Positions 18,806-28,709 are shown, counted from the first letter of the stretch. The stretch is 64,000 nt of DNA from Robiginitomaculum sp. (GCA_021776635.1 JAJFFN010000038.1:87990-151989); one strand, 5' to 3'. Program-made: numbers and translations. The notes: generated from the sequence alone by a model not told the origin.

Positions 18806-19168
18806 ATGACAAAAACATTTCCCCTTCCCGGTAACGGGCAAAATTTATTCCAGTCCGTGCTCAGGGCATTATTTATAATTGCAGCTACGATTGGCGGTTT
18901 TTTTATTTTTGCAGCTTCGGCAGCATTCGCCTTATTTATCGTTCTCGGTATTTTAATCTTAGGTGTCATCGCATTTGCCGTCCTATGGCTTCGTGCCAAA
19001 ATTCTTGGGAAATCACTTCGCCCTGAGAGTAAAATGTGGACCTTCCAAAGCTTTGACAGCAATAAAACCACCACGAAGTCCAATAAAGACGGAACGCAGA
19101 AGAAAACCGACGGCCCTGTGCTTGATGCACACCAAACACCGGATGGTTGGAGCGTGGATACTGATTAA
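18806..19168 (+). CDS. Hypothetical membrane protein (2 TM, hydrophilic tail)
   Basis: Two long hydrophobic helices. Preferred over the overlapping minus-strand ORF 18754..19083. Confidence 0.45.
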   Translation: MTKTFPLPGNGQNLFQSVLRALFIIAATIGGFFIFAASAAFALFIVLGILILGVIAFAVLWLRAKILGKSLRPESKMWTFQSFDSNKTTTKSNKDGTQKKTDGPVLDAHQTPDGWSVDTD

Positions 19169-19238
19169 ATTATCAATTACTCTTTTTACGCACCAAGTGT
19201 TTGGACATGGTTAGTTTGGGCCATGCTTTTTGTTTTTG

Positions 19239-20513
19239 TTAATACTCAGCACCGTCTTGTACGGCTTGTAAAACTCGTAGCAAATTACCACCCCATATTT
19301 TCTCTATTTCGGCCTCACTATAGCCACGCTTAAGCAATTCTTTGGTTATGTTTAGAGTTTCGCTCGCATCTTGCCAGCCAGTGATACCGCCGCCGCCATC
19401 AAAGTCAGACGCAATACCCACATGGTCAATACCTGCTATTTTTACAACATGGTCAATATGGTTTACAAAATCCACAACATTGGCCTTGGCGTCAATGTCA
19501 TAAACTTCCTCTAAAGCTTTGAAATATTTACCAATTACCTCAGGGCTACTGCTAAATAATTTCGCGTCAGTTTCCAAGCCCATTTTTATCCGCACGTCAG
19601 TCTTGAATTTTTCTTGTGCAGGCGTCAGAGCTTTTACATATGAACCAAGGGCAACCATCTGTGCGACCCCGCCATTTGCCGCAATCGCTGTTAATTGTTC
19701 ATCGTCTAGGTTTCGTAAGCTTTTTGCTACACCCATAACACCGGAATGCGATGCAATGACTGGAACCGAAGACATAGCTGTTGCCTGCATCATTGTTGTC
19801 TTTCCAGCATGGGATACATCTACCATAATCCCTGCTTTATTTAGCGCGATAACCAATTCCTTACCGAGCGCAGACAAGCCCCCGTACATGCTCTCTGTTT
19901 CTCCCCATTGCGTTTTTGGGTTTGAACTGTCGCCAAACTGGTTATGCCCCATATGCGTGATGCCCATATAGCGCACACCGCGTGCGGCCCACATAGGGAC
20001 ATCTTCTACGGAAGCACCTAGGGGAAATGCGTTTTCCATACCGATAAGAGCGACTTTCTTGCCAGATTTATGTATACGGCGCACATCATCCGCTGTCTTG
20101 GCCAATTCAATACGGTCCGCATACGTCTTGGTGAGCTTATGGATGGCAGTAAAACGTGTTTCTGCTATCTCACGGGCTTTTGCATATTTAGTGTTCTCGG
20201 CTGTCACTTCTAAAATATTTGTTTGCGGCGTATAGACAATAAAAAATGCGGCGTCTAACCCTCCGACGTCCATCTTAGCCAGATCAACTTGTGCATCCGT
20301 GCCCGTTCCAGGGTCCATAGCCTCTGTCATATAGTTCAGAGGTATATCTACATGGGTATCCAAAGTTATAACATTTTGGTGCACAGTTTCAGGTGCTACT
20401 TCTTGTTTGGTTTCTTGTTTGGCTTCTGGTGTTCCCTTTGGTGAACATGCCGTAAGCGCTAATACGCTGGCAGAAAATAAAAATAACGATGCATATTGTC
20501 TAAACTGTTTCAT
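19239..20513 (-). CDS. Membrane dipeptidase (M19 family), lipoprotein
   Basis: Lipobox LALTAC. DTHVDIP and multiple His/Asp metal-ligand motifs are typical of renal-type dipeptidases. Confidence 0.75.
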   Translation of the reverse strand: MKQFRQYASLFLFSASVLALTACSPKGTPEAKQETKQEVAPETVHQNVITLDTHVDIPLNYMTEAMDPGTGTDAQVDLAKMDVGGLDAAFFIVYTPQTNILEVTAENTKYAKAREIAETRFTAIHKLTKTYADRIELAKTADDVRRIHKSGKKVALIGMENAFPLGASVEDVPMWAARGVRYMGITHMGHNQFGDSSNPKTQWGETESMYGGLSALGKELVIALNKAGIMVDVSHAGKTTMMQATAMSSVPVIASHSGVMGVAKSLRNLDDEQLTAIAANGGVAQMVALGSYVKALTPAQEKFKTDVRIKMGLETDAKLFSSSPEVIGKYFKALEEVYDIDAKANVVDFVNHIDHVVKIAGIDHVGIASDFDGGGGITGWQDASETLNITKELLKRGYSEAEIEKIWGGNLLRVLQAVQDGAEY

Positions 20514-20630
20514 GGAATTCCCCTAAATTTTATGTTCTAAGTGTCGCGTAATATATTCGCCAATTACTATTTAAAACAAGTCTATGCAGATTATCAACTA
20601 ATGACAAATGGAATCGAGTTTTCTATATAG

Positions 20631-21254
20631 ATGCTTATGAGCACACTAACTGACCATGTACCTGAACAAGCACCGCGTATTGGCAATGCTTTTACCCGTT
20701 TTCTCGGGCGTCTCCTCTTAGGGCTACGCGGCTATAAGATCGAAGGCAAATTTGCCAATGAACCAAAAATGATCTTAATTGCTGCACCACACACATCTAA
20801 TTGGGATTTAATTATTGCCTTGGGAACAATCTTATCACTTGGGGTGCGCATAAACTTCATGATGAAAAAAGAAGCCTTTTTCTTTCCTCTCAAAGGGTTT
20901 TTCATAGCACTTGGCGGCGTACCGCTTGACCGAAGCAGCCCCAAAAAAGCCGTTGTACAAACTATTAAACAATTTCGCAATAACGAAAAATTTTGGCTCG
21001 CTATTCTCCCCGAAGGTACACGTAAGCCTGTAGATATCTGGAAGGCAGGTTTTATCCGTATTGCCCGTAATGCCAATGTGCCTGTTTTCATGATGGGCCT
21101 GGATAGCCGCACCAAAACATTATACTTGGACAAAATTGTTCTAAACACACAAGACCTCAAAAACAAACCGGCAGGAATTGCAATTGAACAAGCAGAAAAG
21201 CTAAGAATATATGCTAAGGAAAAATACTATGGTATCAATCCCAAAAACAACTAA
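20631..21254 (+). CDS. Lysophospholipid/1-acylglycerol-3-phosphate acyltransferase family protein
   Basis: HX4D motif APHTSNWD plus PEGTRK. It is a paralog of 38467..39036. Confidence 0.7.
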   Translation: MLMSTLTDHVPEQAPRIGNAFTRFLGRLLLGLRGYKIEGKFANEPKMILIAAPHTSNWDLIIALGTILSLGVRINFMMKKEAFFFPLKGFFIALGGVPLDRSSPKKAVVQTIKQFRNNEKFWLAILPEGTRKPVDIWKAGFIRIARNANVPVFMMGLDSRTKTLYLDKIVLNTQDLKNKPAGIAIEQAEKLRIYAKEKYYGINPKNN

Positions 21255-21261
21255 TGATATT

Positions 21262-21552
21262 TCAAATTAAGCTAAGCCGCTTTAGAGCTAGTTTGGTTGC
21301 AGACACCTCAAGAGTTAATATTGTAAACTGCCCTTTAACATTGCTATGCACCAAACCACTTTTTTTCATCATTCTGATATGATGGGAAAGACTTGGATCT
21401 GCTATATTCGCCTGCTTAGCCAAACCCCCAAAAGTTAGCCCACTAGAACCAGCCGCACGTAGAGCAAGAAAGATAGCAATCCGCCGAGGATGCCCAAGTG
21501 CATCAAAAACAAGCGCCAATTCATTTATTTCCCTAGTTGATGCAGTTTTCAT
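21262..21552 (-). CDS. ArsR/SmtB family transcriptional regulator
   Basis: 96 aa wHTH protein with FDALGHPRRIAIFLAL ... LSHHIRMMKKSGLV. Confidence 0.75.
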   Translation of the reverse strand: MKTASTREINELALVFDALGHPRRIAIFLALRAAGSSGLTFGGLAKQANIADPSLSHHIRMMKKSGLVHSNVKGQFTILTLEVSATKLALKRLSLI

Positions 21553-21840
21553 ATATCTTTACTAAATTAGTAAACTAATTTAGTAAAGGTGTATGTTTAG
21601 CTAAGTCAAGTATCGCCTGATAGAAATCACGAAACGTACGAAGAACGTATGAAGTAGGATTTTTATAAATAATGTCTAATCGTATCAGAAAACATATGAA
21701 GAACGTATGTAATATGATGATAGCAAATAACGCCCGACTCGGATGATGACACGCATAACCCATCTTTATTACAAATGATGATTTGCTTAAACTATGGATA
21801 TTAAAAACTATAGCTGTTGAGATTGGCTGTTAATTTTATC

Positions 21841-22108
21841 TAAGGTCAGGACCTATTCAATACCTCAATTCTGTTGTTCATAACCGTTTCTGGAGCAAGG
21901 AAAGCTTTCGCAGGACTAGCCAAGCTAATTCAAGACGGGTTTTCGCCGAACCATGGACGGTAATGACCAACCCGTAAGGCTCTTCCTAAGTGTTTCCTGA
22001 GTGCGTTGCAAACCCTTGAAAGTGACTGGCACTTCCTGCGGCCTTGCGCCTGCTCAAAAAACACTTAGGAAGAGCAGAATTAATGTATTGAATAGGTTCT
22101 GACCCTAA
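21841..22108. mobile_element. MITE-like non-coding element with about 23-bp terminal inverted repeats
   Basis: The left end TAAGGTCAGGACCTATTCAATAC and right end GTATTGAATAGGTTCTGACCCTAA match as inverted repeats with 2 mismatches. There is an internal long hairpin GGCTCTTCCTAAGTGTTT ... AAACACTTAGGAAGAGC. The element has no ORF. Confidence 0.6.
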
Positions 22109-22117
22109 ATCCCGCGA

Positions 22118-23464
22118 CTAGAGCGGTAAAGTCAAGAAACATCTCAACCCTCCAAGTGGGCTTTCTGCCAGTAATAATCTACCACCATGAGCTTGGATAA
22201 TGTCATTGGCAATTGATAAACCAAGCCCAACACCTTTGGTATTTTGGTTCCGCGCTGGGTCAAGGCGAATAAAAGGTTTAAGAACATCTTGTCGTAATGC
22301 CGCCGGGATACCTTGGCCATCATCATCTATGGTTATATGGATATGGGTTTTGCCGCGTCTGACGTGGATATTGGTATTTTTTGCGTATGATGCTGCATTG
22401 TTTATTATGTTTGACAAGGCACGTTTAATTGCAGTTTTTCGAATATTTATTGCCAATTCACCGACGAACGCAATCTTAATTTTTTCACTAGCGTCCCCAA
22501 CTATGTCTTCTAAGAGTATTTTTATATCCGTTATTTGTCTGTCTTCTTCGGACATGTCACGGGCAAAATCTAAATAGCTATCAAGCATTTTTTCCATATC
22601 GAAAATATCATTGCGTGCCGCTTGAGTTTCTTCACTTTTGTTTTCAAGTGCCAGATGTAATTTGAGCCTAGTCAAAGGTGTGCGCAGATCGTGGCTTACA
22701 CTTGCCAAAAGCGTAGTCCTTTGATCAATATGGCGGCCAATTCGGTCTCGCATTTCCAAAAAAGCATGGCCTGCCTGGCGCACTTCTGCGGCACCTGAAG
22801 GTTTAAATTTACCAATACTTCGGCCTTTACCAAAATCCTCGGCAGCTTTTGCCAATTTGACGATCGGCCTTGCTTGATTGAGGATAAACAAAATGCTGAC
22901 CAAGCTGAGTAATACTGTCGCCATTACCAACCAAAACAAGAAAATAAACCCTGTTGGTGCAAATACACGGTCCCTTGGTACGACAAATTTCAATACTTTG
23001 CCGTCAACTTTGACACGGATATCTATGTAGTGAGGATAGCGCGTGGTGTCGTACCAAAACTCATCTGTTAAATTTGAGGCCAATGCTTGACGTAATGTTT
23101 TGTCCAGGGACGAAAAAAACGCCCTGCGGGTTGCTGTCTCTAACGTGTCTTTTGCATCATACACCACAGAAAGTTTCATATTAGGGCGGATCATCTGATC
23201 TAGCCGGGCTAGGCGTTCCGCATCTGGCGCTTGCTTGTAAAGCTCAACAACAACCGCGACATCAGCCGCAACGCTGTCAGAAAGACTTGCTGTTACGGTT
23301 TGCCAATGGGCCTGAAAGAAAAAATAGGCAACAATGATTTGCATCATTGCAATAGGTAACATGATGATTAACAAGGCGCGCCCAAACAGGCTTTTGGGTA
23401 GGTACGATTTTAACCACAGTCTCCTTGAAGATTTTTTTGTAACGTGTTTCTTTGATTTACTCAT
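22118..23464 (-). CDS. Sensor histidine kinase (EnvZ-like: 2 TM, HAMP, HisKA, HATPase)
   Basis: H-box SVSHDLRTPLTRL, N-box NNAASYA, G-boxes DDDGQGIP and GVGLGLSIA. Confidence 0.85.
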   Translation of the reverse strand: MSKSKKHVTKKSSRRLWLKSYLPKSLFGRALLIIMLPIAMMQIIVAYFFFQAHWQTVTASLSDSVAADVAVVVELYKQAPDAERLARLDQMIRPNMKLSVVYDAKDTLETATRRAFFSSLDKTLRQALASNLTDEFWYDTTRYPHYIDIRVKVDGKVLKFVVPRDRVFAPTGFIFLFWLVMATVLLSLVSILFILNQARPIVKLAKAAEDFGKGRSIGKFKPSGAAEVRQAGHAFLEMRDRIGRHIDQRTTLLASVSHDLRTPLTRLKLHLALENKSEETQAARNDIFDMEKMLDSYLDFARDMSEEDRQITDIKILLEDIVGDASEKIKIAFVGELAINIRKTAIKRALSNIINNAASYAKNTNIHVRRGKTHIHITIDDDGQGIPAALRQDVLKPFIRLDPARNQNTKGVGLGLSIANDIIQAHGGRLLLAESPLGGLRCFLTLPL

Positions 23465-24167
23465 TCACCGGTTCCGCCTGTAGGCAATATCCACGGTTGC
23501 GTATAGTCGTCAGGAATTCTGGTTGGGATGGATTGTTTTCCAATTTGCGCCGTAACCGTGTTATTTGCACATCTATGGCACGGTCGCTCTTAGCTTTAAT
23601 TTGCTCGGCTAGGTTTTTGCGACTTACTGCTTGGCCTGTACGCAGAGACAATGTCGCCAGTAATGCTGTTTCACCTGTCGTTAAATGCATACGCATGCCC
23701 GATTTTTCCAAATATTTGCGATCTAAATCAAAGAGATAATCTCCAAAACGTATTTTGTGATGGCGGGGACGCGTGGCTTGACGTTTTAAGATTGCTTTTA
23801 TACGAAGGACGAGCTCTTCTGGTTCAAACGGTTTGGCAAGATAGTCATCGGCACCCAAAGATAAACCATTTATTCTGTCACTTGGTTCTCCGCGTGCTGT
23901 GAGTAATATAATCGGTATATCATCAACATCACGCAGCGATTTGGTGAGCATGAACCCATCTTCACCTGGCATCATGACATCGAGGACTAAAAGATCAAAT
24001 GTTAAGCTATTCATAAACCGCCGTGCTTCAAAAGCATTTGCGGCAATGGAAACACGAAAGCCACTTTTTGACAAAAACCTTTTGAGCAAATTGCGAATAC
24101 GGTCATCATCATCAACCACCAAAAGGTGGGTGTCTTGGAAATTTGTATTTGTATCTAGCTGCGTCAT
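23457..24167 (-). CDS. OmpR-family response regulator
   Basis: Receiver motifs VVDDD ... DLLVLDVMMPG ... LTA ... KPF, plus a C-terminal winged-helix domain. There is an 8-nt overlap with the kinase gene. Confidence 0.88.
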   Translation of the reverse strand: MTQLDTNTNFQDTHLLVVDDDDRIRNLLKRFLSKSGFRVSIAANAFEARRFMNSLTFDLLVLDVMMPGEDGFMLTKSLRDVDDIPIILLTARGEPSDRINGLSLGADDYLAKPFEPEELVLRIKAILKRQATRPRHHKIRFGDYLFDLDRKYLEKSGMRMHLTTGETALLATLSLRTGQAVSRKNLAEQIKAKSDRAIDVQITRLRRKLENNPSQPEFLTTIRNRGYCLQAEPVNE

Positions 24168-24266
24168 ATTGCCATTAAAGTTTTGTTTGATATTGATTTA
24201 ACACATTGTTGTTGACTTAAAGGGAAAGCTACACAATATCGAGAAGAAATAAAAGTGGAGAAAATA

Positions 24267-25142
24267 ATGGCTGATGCTGCTTACCATGATCGGGACGGCT
24301 ATATATGGATGGACGGCGCGTTTGTTGACTGGCGCGAAGCTAAAGTCCATGTTTTAACCCATTCCTTGCATTATGGTTCGGGTGTGTTTGAGGGCGACCG
24401 TGCTTATGATGGTGAGATTTATGCACTCCGTGACCACAGCCAACGGTTATTAAATTCTGCCAAACATTTAGGTTATGAAATTCCGTTTAGCGTTGAGGAA
24501 GTTGATAAGGCTTGCATGGATACACTTGCAAAGTCAGGGCTTGGTTCTGCTTATGTGCGGCCAATTGCTTGGCGCGGCAGTGAAATGATGGGCGTTGCTT
24601 CAAAAGGCAATAAAATTCATCTCGCGGTAGCCGTCTGGCATTGGGGTGATTATTTTGATGATAAAATGAAGGGTATTCGCCTTTGTATGGCTGATTGGAA
24701 ACGCCCAGCACCAGACACCATACCGTGCAAGGCTAAGGGGGCAGGGCTGTATATGATTTGCACTCTGGCGAAAGACGCTTCAACTGATAAAGGGTTTGAT
24801 GATGCCTTAATGCTCGACTACAAGGGCAGAATTGCGGAATGCACAGGCGCGCACATTTTTTTCGTCCGTGATGGTGAAATCCATACACCTACAAATGATA
24901 TCCTCTTGGATGGTATTACGCGAAAAGCAGTACTTTTGATGGCTGAAAAACGGGGCATCAATGTCATCAAGCGCGACATTTGGCCAGATGAACTGTCGAC
25001 ATTTAGTGAATGTTTCATTGTCGGCACTGCGGCAGAAATTACACCGGTACGCTCAATCGAACGGCAAAAATATACGCCCGGTGAATTGTCGGTCAATATG
25101 GTCGAAGATTATGATAAATTGGTGCGCGGGAAGCTCGCATAA
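24267..25142 (+). CDS. ilvE: Branched-chain amino acid aminotransferase
   Basis: Class IV aminotransferase pattern (HYGSGVFEG.R.Y, ...EITPV). The ATG at 24267 is preceded by GGAG. Confidence 0.85.
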   Translation: MADAAYHDRDGYIWMDGAFVDWREAKVHVLTHSLHYGSGVFEGDRAYDGEIYALRDHSQRLLNSAKHLGYEIPFSVEEVDKACMDTLAKSGLGSAYVRPIAWRGSEMMGVASKGNKIHLAVAVWHWGDYFDDKMKGIRLCMADWKRPAPDTIPCKAKGAGLYMICTLAKDASTDKGFDDALMLDYKGRIAECTGAHIFFVRDGEIHTPTNDILLDGITRKAVLLMAEKRGINVIKRDIWPDELSTFSECFIVGTAAEITPVRSIERQKYTPGELSVNMVEDYDKLVRGKLA

Positions 25143-25143
25143 T

Positions 25144-25761
25144 TTAGGTGCGAAAAGTTTCTTTTACGTAATAATACCCAGTATAAGCCGATAAGATTGC
25201 TGCTAGCCAGAGCAGGGCTATGCCTGCTTTGGATGCCAAAATTGATACATCACCAATATTTGCACTTACTGGCATGACCGAACGTGTACTCACCCCGATT
25301 AAAAACAGTAAGATAGCCAGCATTTCTGCAGCAGTTTTCCATTTTGCCAATTTGGTTGGTGATAGAACAATACCCGCATTTGCGGCATGTTCACGCGTAC
25401 CGCTAATGAAAATATCGCGGAATATAACAATTACGCTCGGTATCAGGACATACCATATGGGCCCAAAACTAATATTCAAGGCAATGAGGCAACCGGCAAC
25501 CAACAGCTTATCAGCTATTGGATCGAGCATACGGCCAAATGCGGAAACTAGTGCCCATTTTCTTGCCAAATAACCATCAAGAAAATCAGTAGCTCCACAT
25601 AAAACAAATAACAATAACAACAGTATAGGCGCATTAGCTAAGCTGCTTATATTGCTGCCAACCGCGAGTATTCCCCACATAAGAAAAGGAATAATTATTA
25701 TACGTCCGATGGTCAATGCATTGGGCAGCCAATAAAATTTGTGACGAGATATTATTGTCAT
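25144..25761 (-). CDS. pgsA: CDP-diacylglycerol--glycerol-3-phosphate 3-phosphatidyltransferase-like (CDP-alcohol phosphatidyltransferase)
   Basis: A canonical motif is present: DFLDGYLARKWALVSAFGRMLDPIADK. Confidence 0.8.
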   Translation of the reverse strand: MTIISRHKFYWLPNALTIGRIIIIPFLMWGILAVGSNISSLANAPILLLLLFVLCGATDFLDGYLARKWALVSAFGRMLDPIADKLLVAGCLIALNISFGPIWYVLIPSVIVIFRDIFISGTREHAANAGIVLSPTKLAKWKTAAEMLAILLFLIGVSTRSVMPVSANIGDVSILASKAGIALLWLAAILSAYTGYYYVKETFRT

Positions 25762-26492
25762 GTCGAAACACCCTCATTTACATCAGTTTGGTTTTCAACA
25801 AGTTTCTTGCCCGAAAATACTGATAATATAGCAGCCAGCCAAAGCACAGCCAGCCCTATATTCCATATAATCGCGCTGGGCGCATTATAAATTTCTATAC
25901 TATCTTCAACACGTCCGACTGTAAAACTATCTACAATATTTGACAACCACGGCGCTGCGACCAATAAGCAAACGGCAAACATAGCCAATGCATTTTTAAT
26001 GTCCCCGAGCCGTGTTTCTTGGAATTTACTTTTGGAAAATTTCAAACTTTTAAATAAGCCGATGACAATATCACGGATAAATAAGACGAGGACTGGAACT
26101 GCAAAGCTCCAATGCAAGAGGTTGGCTTGCCCGGTAACCCAAATGAGCGACAACAATGTTCCAATAATCAATAAACTATCAGCTATATCATCAAACCAGA
26201 CTAACTTACGAAAAACCGCAGTGGTATTACCTCCGATAAAATCATCTAGAATGTCCGTCATAACTGCAATTAAAAATAATATTGAAGCCAATAATACGAG
26301 TTCCAGATTTAGCGAAAAATAACCTTCTGTATCACTTGGTTTGGAAGACCAGGCTTTGATAATCACAAACATGATAACAGGTGTCAGGCATATTCGGACA
26401 AGTGTTAGCGCGTCTGCCAATGCGCCTCTAATGACTTTTAGACTACGGCTTACATATGATGGATTTTCATTGTCATTCGTTGAAATGGTCAT
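25758..26492 (-). CDS. Divergent CDP-alcohol phosphatidyltransferase-like membrane protein (degenerate motif)
   Basis: Same topology as pgsA, but the motif region reads DILDDFIGGNTTAVFRKLVWFDDIADS. The ATG at 26492 has a GGAGA RBS. It overlaps the uvrC 3' end by 20 nt and pgsA by 4 nt. Confidence 0.55.
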   Translation of the reverse strand: MTISTNDNENPSYVSRSLKVIRGALADALTLVRICLTPVIMFVIIKAWSSKPSDTEGYFSLNLELVLLASILFLIAVMTDILDDFIGGNTTAVFRKLVWFDDIADSLLIIGTLLSLIWVTGQANLLHWSFAVPVLVLFIRDIVIGLFKSLKFSKSKFQETRLGDIKNALAMFAVCLLVAAPWLSNIVDSFTVGRVEDSIEIYNAPSAIIWNIGLAVLWLAAILSVFSGKKLVENQTDVNEGVST

Positions 26493-28344
26493 GTATATTC
26501 TCCGCAAGTTTTTTGCTTATTCCCTCTACTTTCGCCAAATCTTCAACCGCGGCACCAGCAACAGCCTTGGCAGAACCAAACCATGACAATAAAGCCTTTT
26601 TGCGACTAGGTCCGATTCCTTCAATAGCATCTAGCGGATTAGTGTGCATCTGTTTTTTGCGTTTCGCGCGGTGGGTGCCGATAGCAAATCTGTGGGCTTC
26701 ATCGCGCAATCTTTGTAGATAATATAGCACAGGCGTACGGGCAGGGAGCGTAAATTCGGGCCGACCGATCATGTGAAATGTTTCACGGCCTGCATTTCTA
26801 TCTGGCCCTTTGGCAATCGCAACCAGCGTCGTGCGTTCCAATGCGCCGATCTCCTCTAAGACACCACTAACAGCCGAAAGTTGGCCTTTACCGCCGTCAA
26901 TCAAGACCAAATCTGGCCAAACCAGTCCATCTTCTTTTAGTAGTCGTGAGAAGCGGCGTTGCATGACTTCACGCATCATGGCAAAATCATCCCCTGGTTT
27001 GGTGCGCGTATCTTTGATGTTAAACGTACGGTATTCACGCCGCAGAAATCCTTCGCCGCCGGCAACAATAAATGCTCCGACTGAATTCGTACCTTGTATA
27101 TGACTGTTGTCATATACCTCTATACGCTCTGGAATATCTGGTAAATCAAGAGCGTCGGCTAGTCCTGATAAGAGGCGGTTTTGTGAAGCCGTTTCAGCTA
27201 ATTTACGGGCAAGCGCTTCGCGGGCATTTCGCCGCGCCAATTCTACAAGATCAAATTTTTCTCCACGTTTAGGTCGATATATCCTAAAAGCTTTCCCGCG
27301 TCGTTCGCAAAGGGCAGTCTCCAGTAGTGCTTTGTTAGGTAAGTCCACATTGACGAATAACTGCTTCGGAATAGGTTTTCCCGTATAAAATTGCGCCAAA
27401 AACGCGTCGAGAATATCGGCCGTATCTTGGTCTTTGGCATGGCGTGGATAATAAGCATTTGCGCCCCAGTTTTGTCCCGCTCGGAAAAAGAAAACCTGTA
27501 TACAGGCTTGCCCACCTTCTTGGTTTTCACCTTCTCTGTGAATAGCTGCAATGTCAGCTTCAGCGAAGGTTTTTGGTGCAATATGGGTTTTACCAGTCCG
27601 CACAAATGCCATTGCACGAATTCGGTCGCGAATGTCTGCAGCTTCTTCAAATTGAAGAGCTTTTGCTGCAGATTGCATGCGAGTTTGTAGCCGTTTTTGT
27701 AAAATTTGCGACCGCCCAGATAAAAAATCAGAAGCATCACGGTTTAGCTGTGCATAATCAGATATGGATATCTCGCCAGTGCAGGGGCCAGCACACCTTT
27801 TTATTTGGTGCAGCATACATGGCCGCGACCGCCCCGCATATACACTATCAGAACATGTGCGCAGGCGAAAGGCGCGCTGAAGGGTGTCGATAGTACGGTT
27901 GACCGCGCCAGCAGACGCAAATGGGCCGTAATATTGTCCTTTTTTATTTCGTTTACCTCTATGCTTCATGAGTTGAGCAGCGGGATGGTCTGTGCGCATA
28001 AGAATATATGGGAAGCTTTTATCATCACGGAGTAATATATTGTAACGTGGCTTTAAGCGTTTAATAAGGGAAGCCTCTAGCAAAAGTGCTTCGGTCTCAC
28101 TATCAGTGACTACAAATTCCATGGTTTTTGTGGCGCGTATCATGCGCTGAATTCGGATCGGGTGACGGCCATATTTAGTATAGGCCGTGACACGCTTTTT
28201 TAAATGCTTGGCTTTACCAATATAAAGGAGTTCACCGTGATTGTCGATCATACGGTAAACACCTGGTTTTGCTGGTAAAGTCTTTACATAGGCGGCGATA
28301 ATGTTTGTGCCGCTTCGCGCGTCCATTTGTTCCTTTTTAGCCAT
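26473..28344 (-). CDS. uvrC: Excinuclease ABC subunit C
   Basis: N-terminal GIY-YIG (GVYRMIDNHGELLYIGKAKHLKKRV), a UvrBC domain and a C-terminal HhH2. Confidence 0.92.
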   Translation of the reverse strand: MAKKEQMDARSGTNIIAAYVKTLPAKPGVYRMIDNHGELLYIGKAKHLKKRVTAYTKYGRHPIRIQRMIRATKTMEFVVTDSETEALLLEASLIKRLKPRYNILLRDDKSFPYILMRTDHPAAQLMKHRGKRNKKGQYYGPFASAGAVNRTIDTLQRAFRLRTCSDSVYAGRSRPCMLHQIKRCAGPCTGEISISDYAQLNRDASDFLSGRSQILQKRLQTRMQSAAKALQFEEAADIRDRIRAMAFVRTGKTHIAPKTFAEADIAAIHREGENQEGGQACIQVFFFRAGQNWGANAYYPRHAKDQDTADILDAFLAQFYTGKPIPKQLFVNVDLPNKALLETALCERRGKAFRIYRPKRGEKFDLVELARRNAREALARKLAETASQNRLLSGLADALDLPDIPERIEVYDNSHIQGTNSVGAFIVAGGEGFLRREYRTFNIKDTRTKPGDDFAMMREVMQRRFSRLLKEDGLVWPDLVLIDGGKGQLSAVSGVLEEIGALERTTLVAIAKGPDRNAGRETFHMIGRPEFTLPARTPVLYYLQRLRDEAHRFAIGTHRAKRKKQMHTNPLDAIEGIGPSRKKALLSWFGSAKAVAGAAVEDLAKVEGISKKLAENIHDHFNE

Positions 28345-28708
28345 TTCTGCTTAAAATAAATTCTACACCTGCCGTTTCGGCGTTAATGAGGGCGTGTGGT
28401 TTTGCGATACATACTGTGCAGGATTGAACCCTTCTATCCTCTGCCAGTGCCCATTTTGCTATTCGGCCCGCGAGAGTTTCGACCAATTGAACATGGGCCT
28501 CTTGGGCAAATTCGGCTGCTTTTTGTGCCACGCGTGCATAGTCGAGAGTTTCTGCTAATATATCATCTTCAGGCATGGGCATTGTGCCCATATCCAAGCA
28601 GATATCTATGAGTATGACCTGTGTGCTTTCGTGTTCGTGGGGATGCACACCAATAGAGGCTAAAACTTCTAACCCTTCTATTTTTATTTTGGTTGATGAA
28701 GTCGTCAT
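28337..28708 (-). CDS. folB: Dihydroneopterin aldolase
   Basis: 123 aa with the IKIEGLEVLASIGVHPHE start pattern typical of FolB. It overlaps the uvrC start by 8 nt. Confidence 0.7.
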   Translation of the reverse strand: MTTSSTKIKIEGLEVLASIGVHPHEHESTQVILIDICLDMGTMPMPEDDILAETLDYARVAQKAAEFAQEAHVQLVETLAGRIAKWALAEDRRVQSCTVCIAKPHALINAETAGVEFILSRNG

Positions 28709-28709
28709 G

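Noticed and set aside
18754-19083. 109-aa minus-strand ORF
   Set aside because: It overlaps the plus-strand 120-aa membrane-protein ORF, which has a more convincing TM architecture. Neither ORF has strong support, so only the plus-strand one was kept, at low confidence.
21575-21763. 62-aa minus-strand ORF upstream of the arsR-like gene
   Set aside because: It has no RBS, an odd composition, and lies in AT-rich intergenic DNA next to the MITE-like element. It is probably non-coding.
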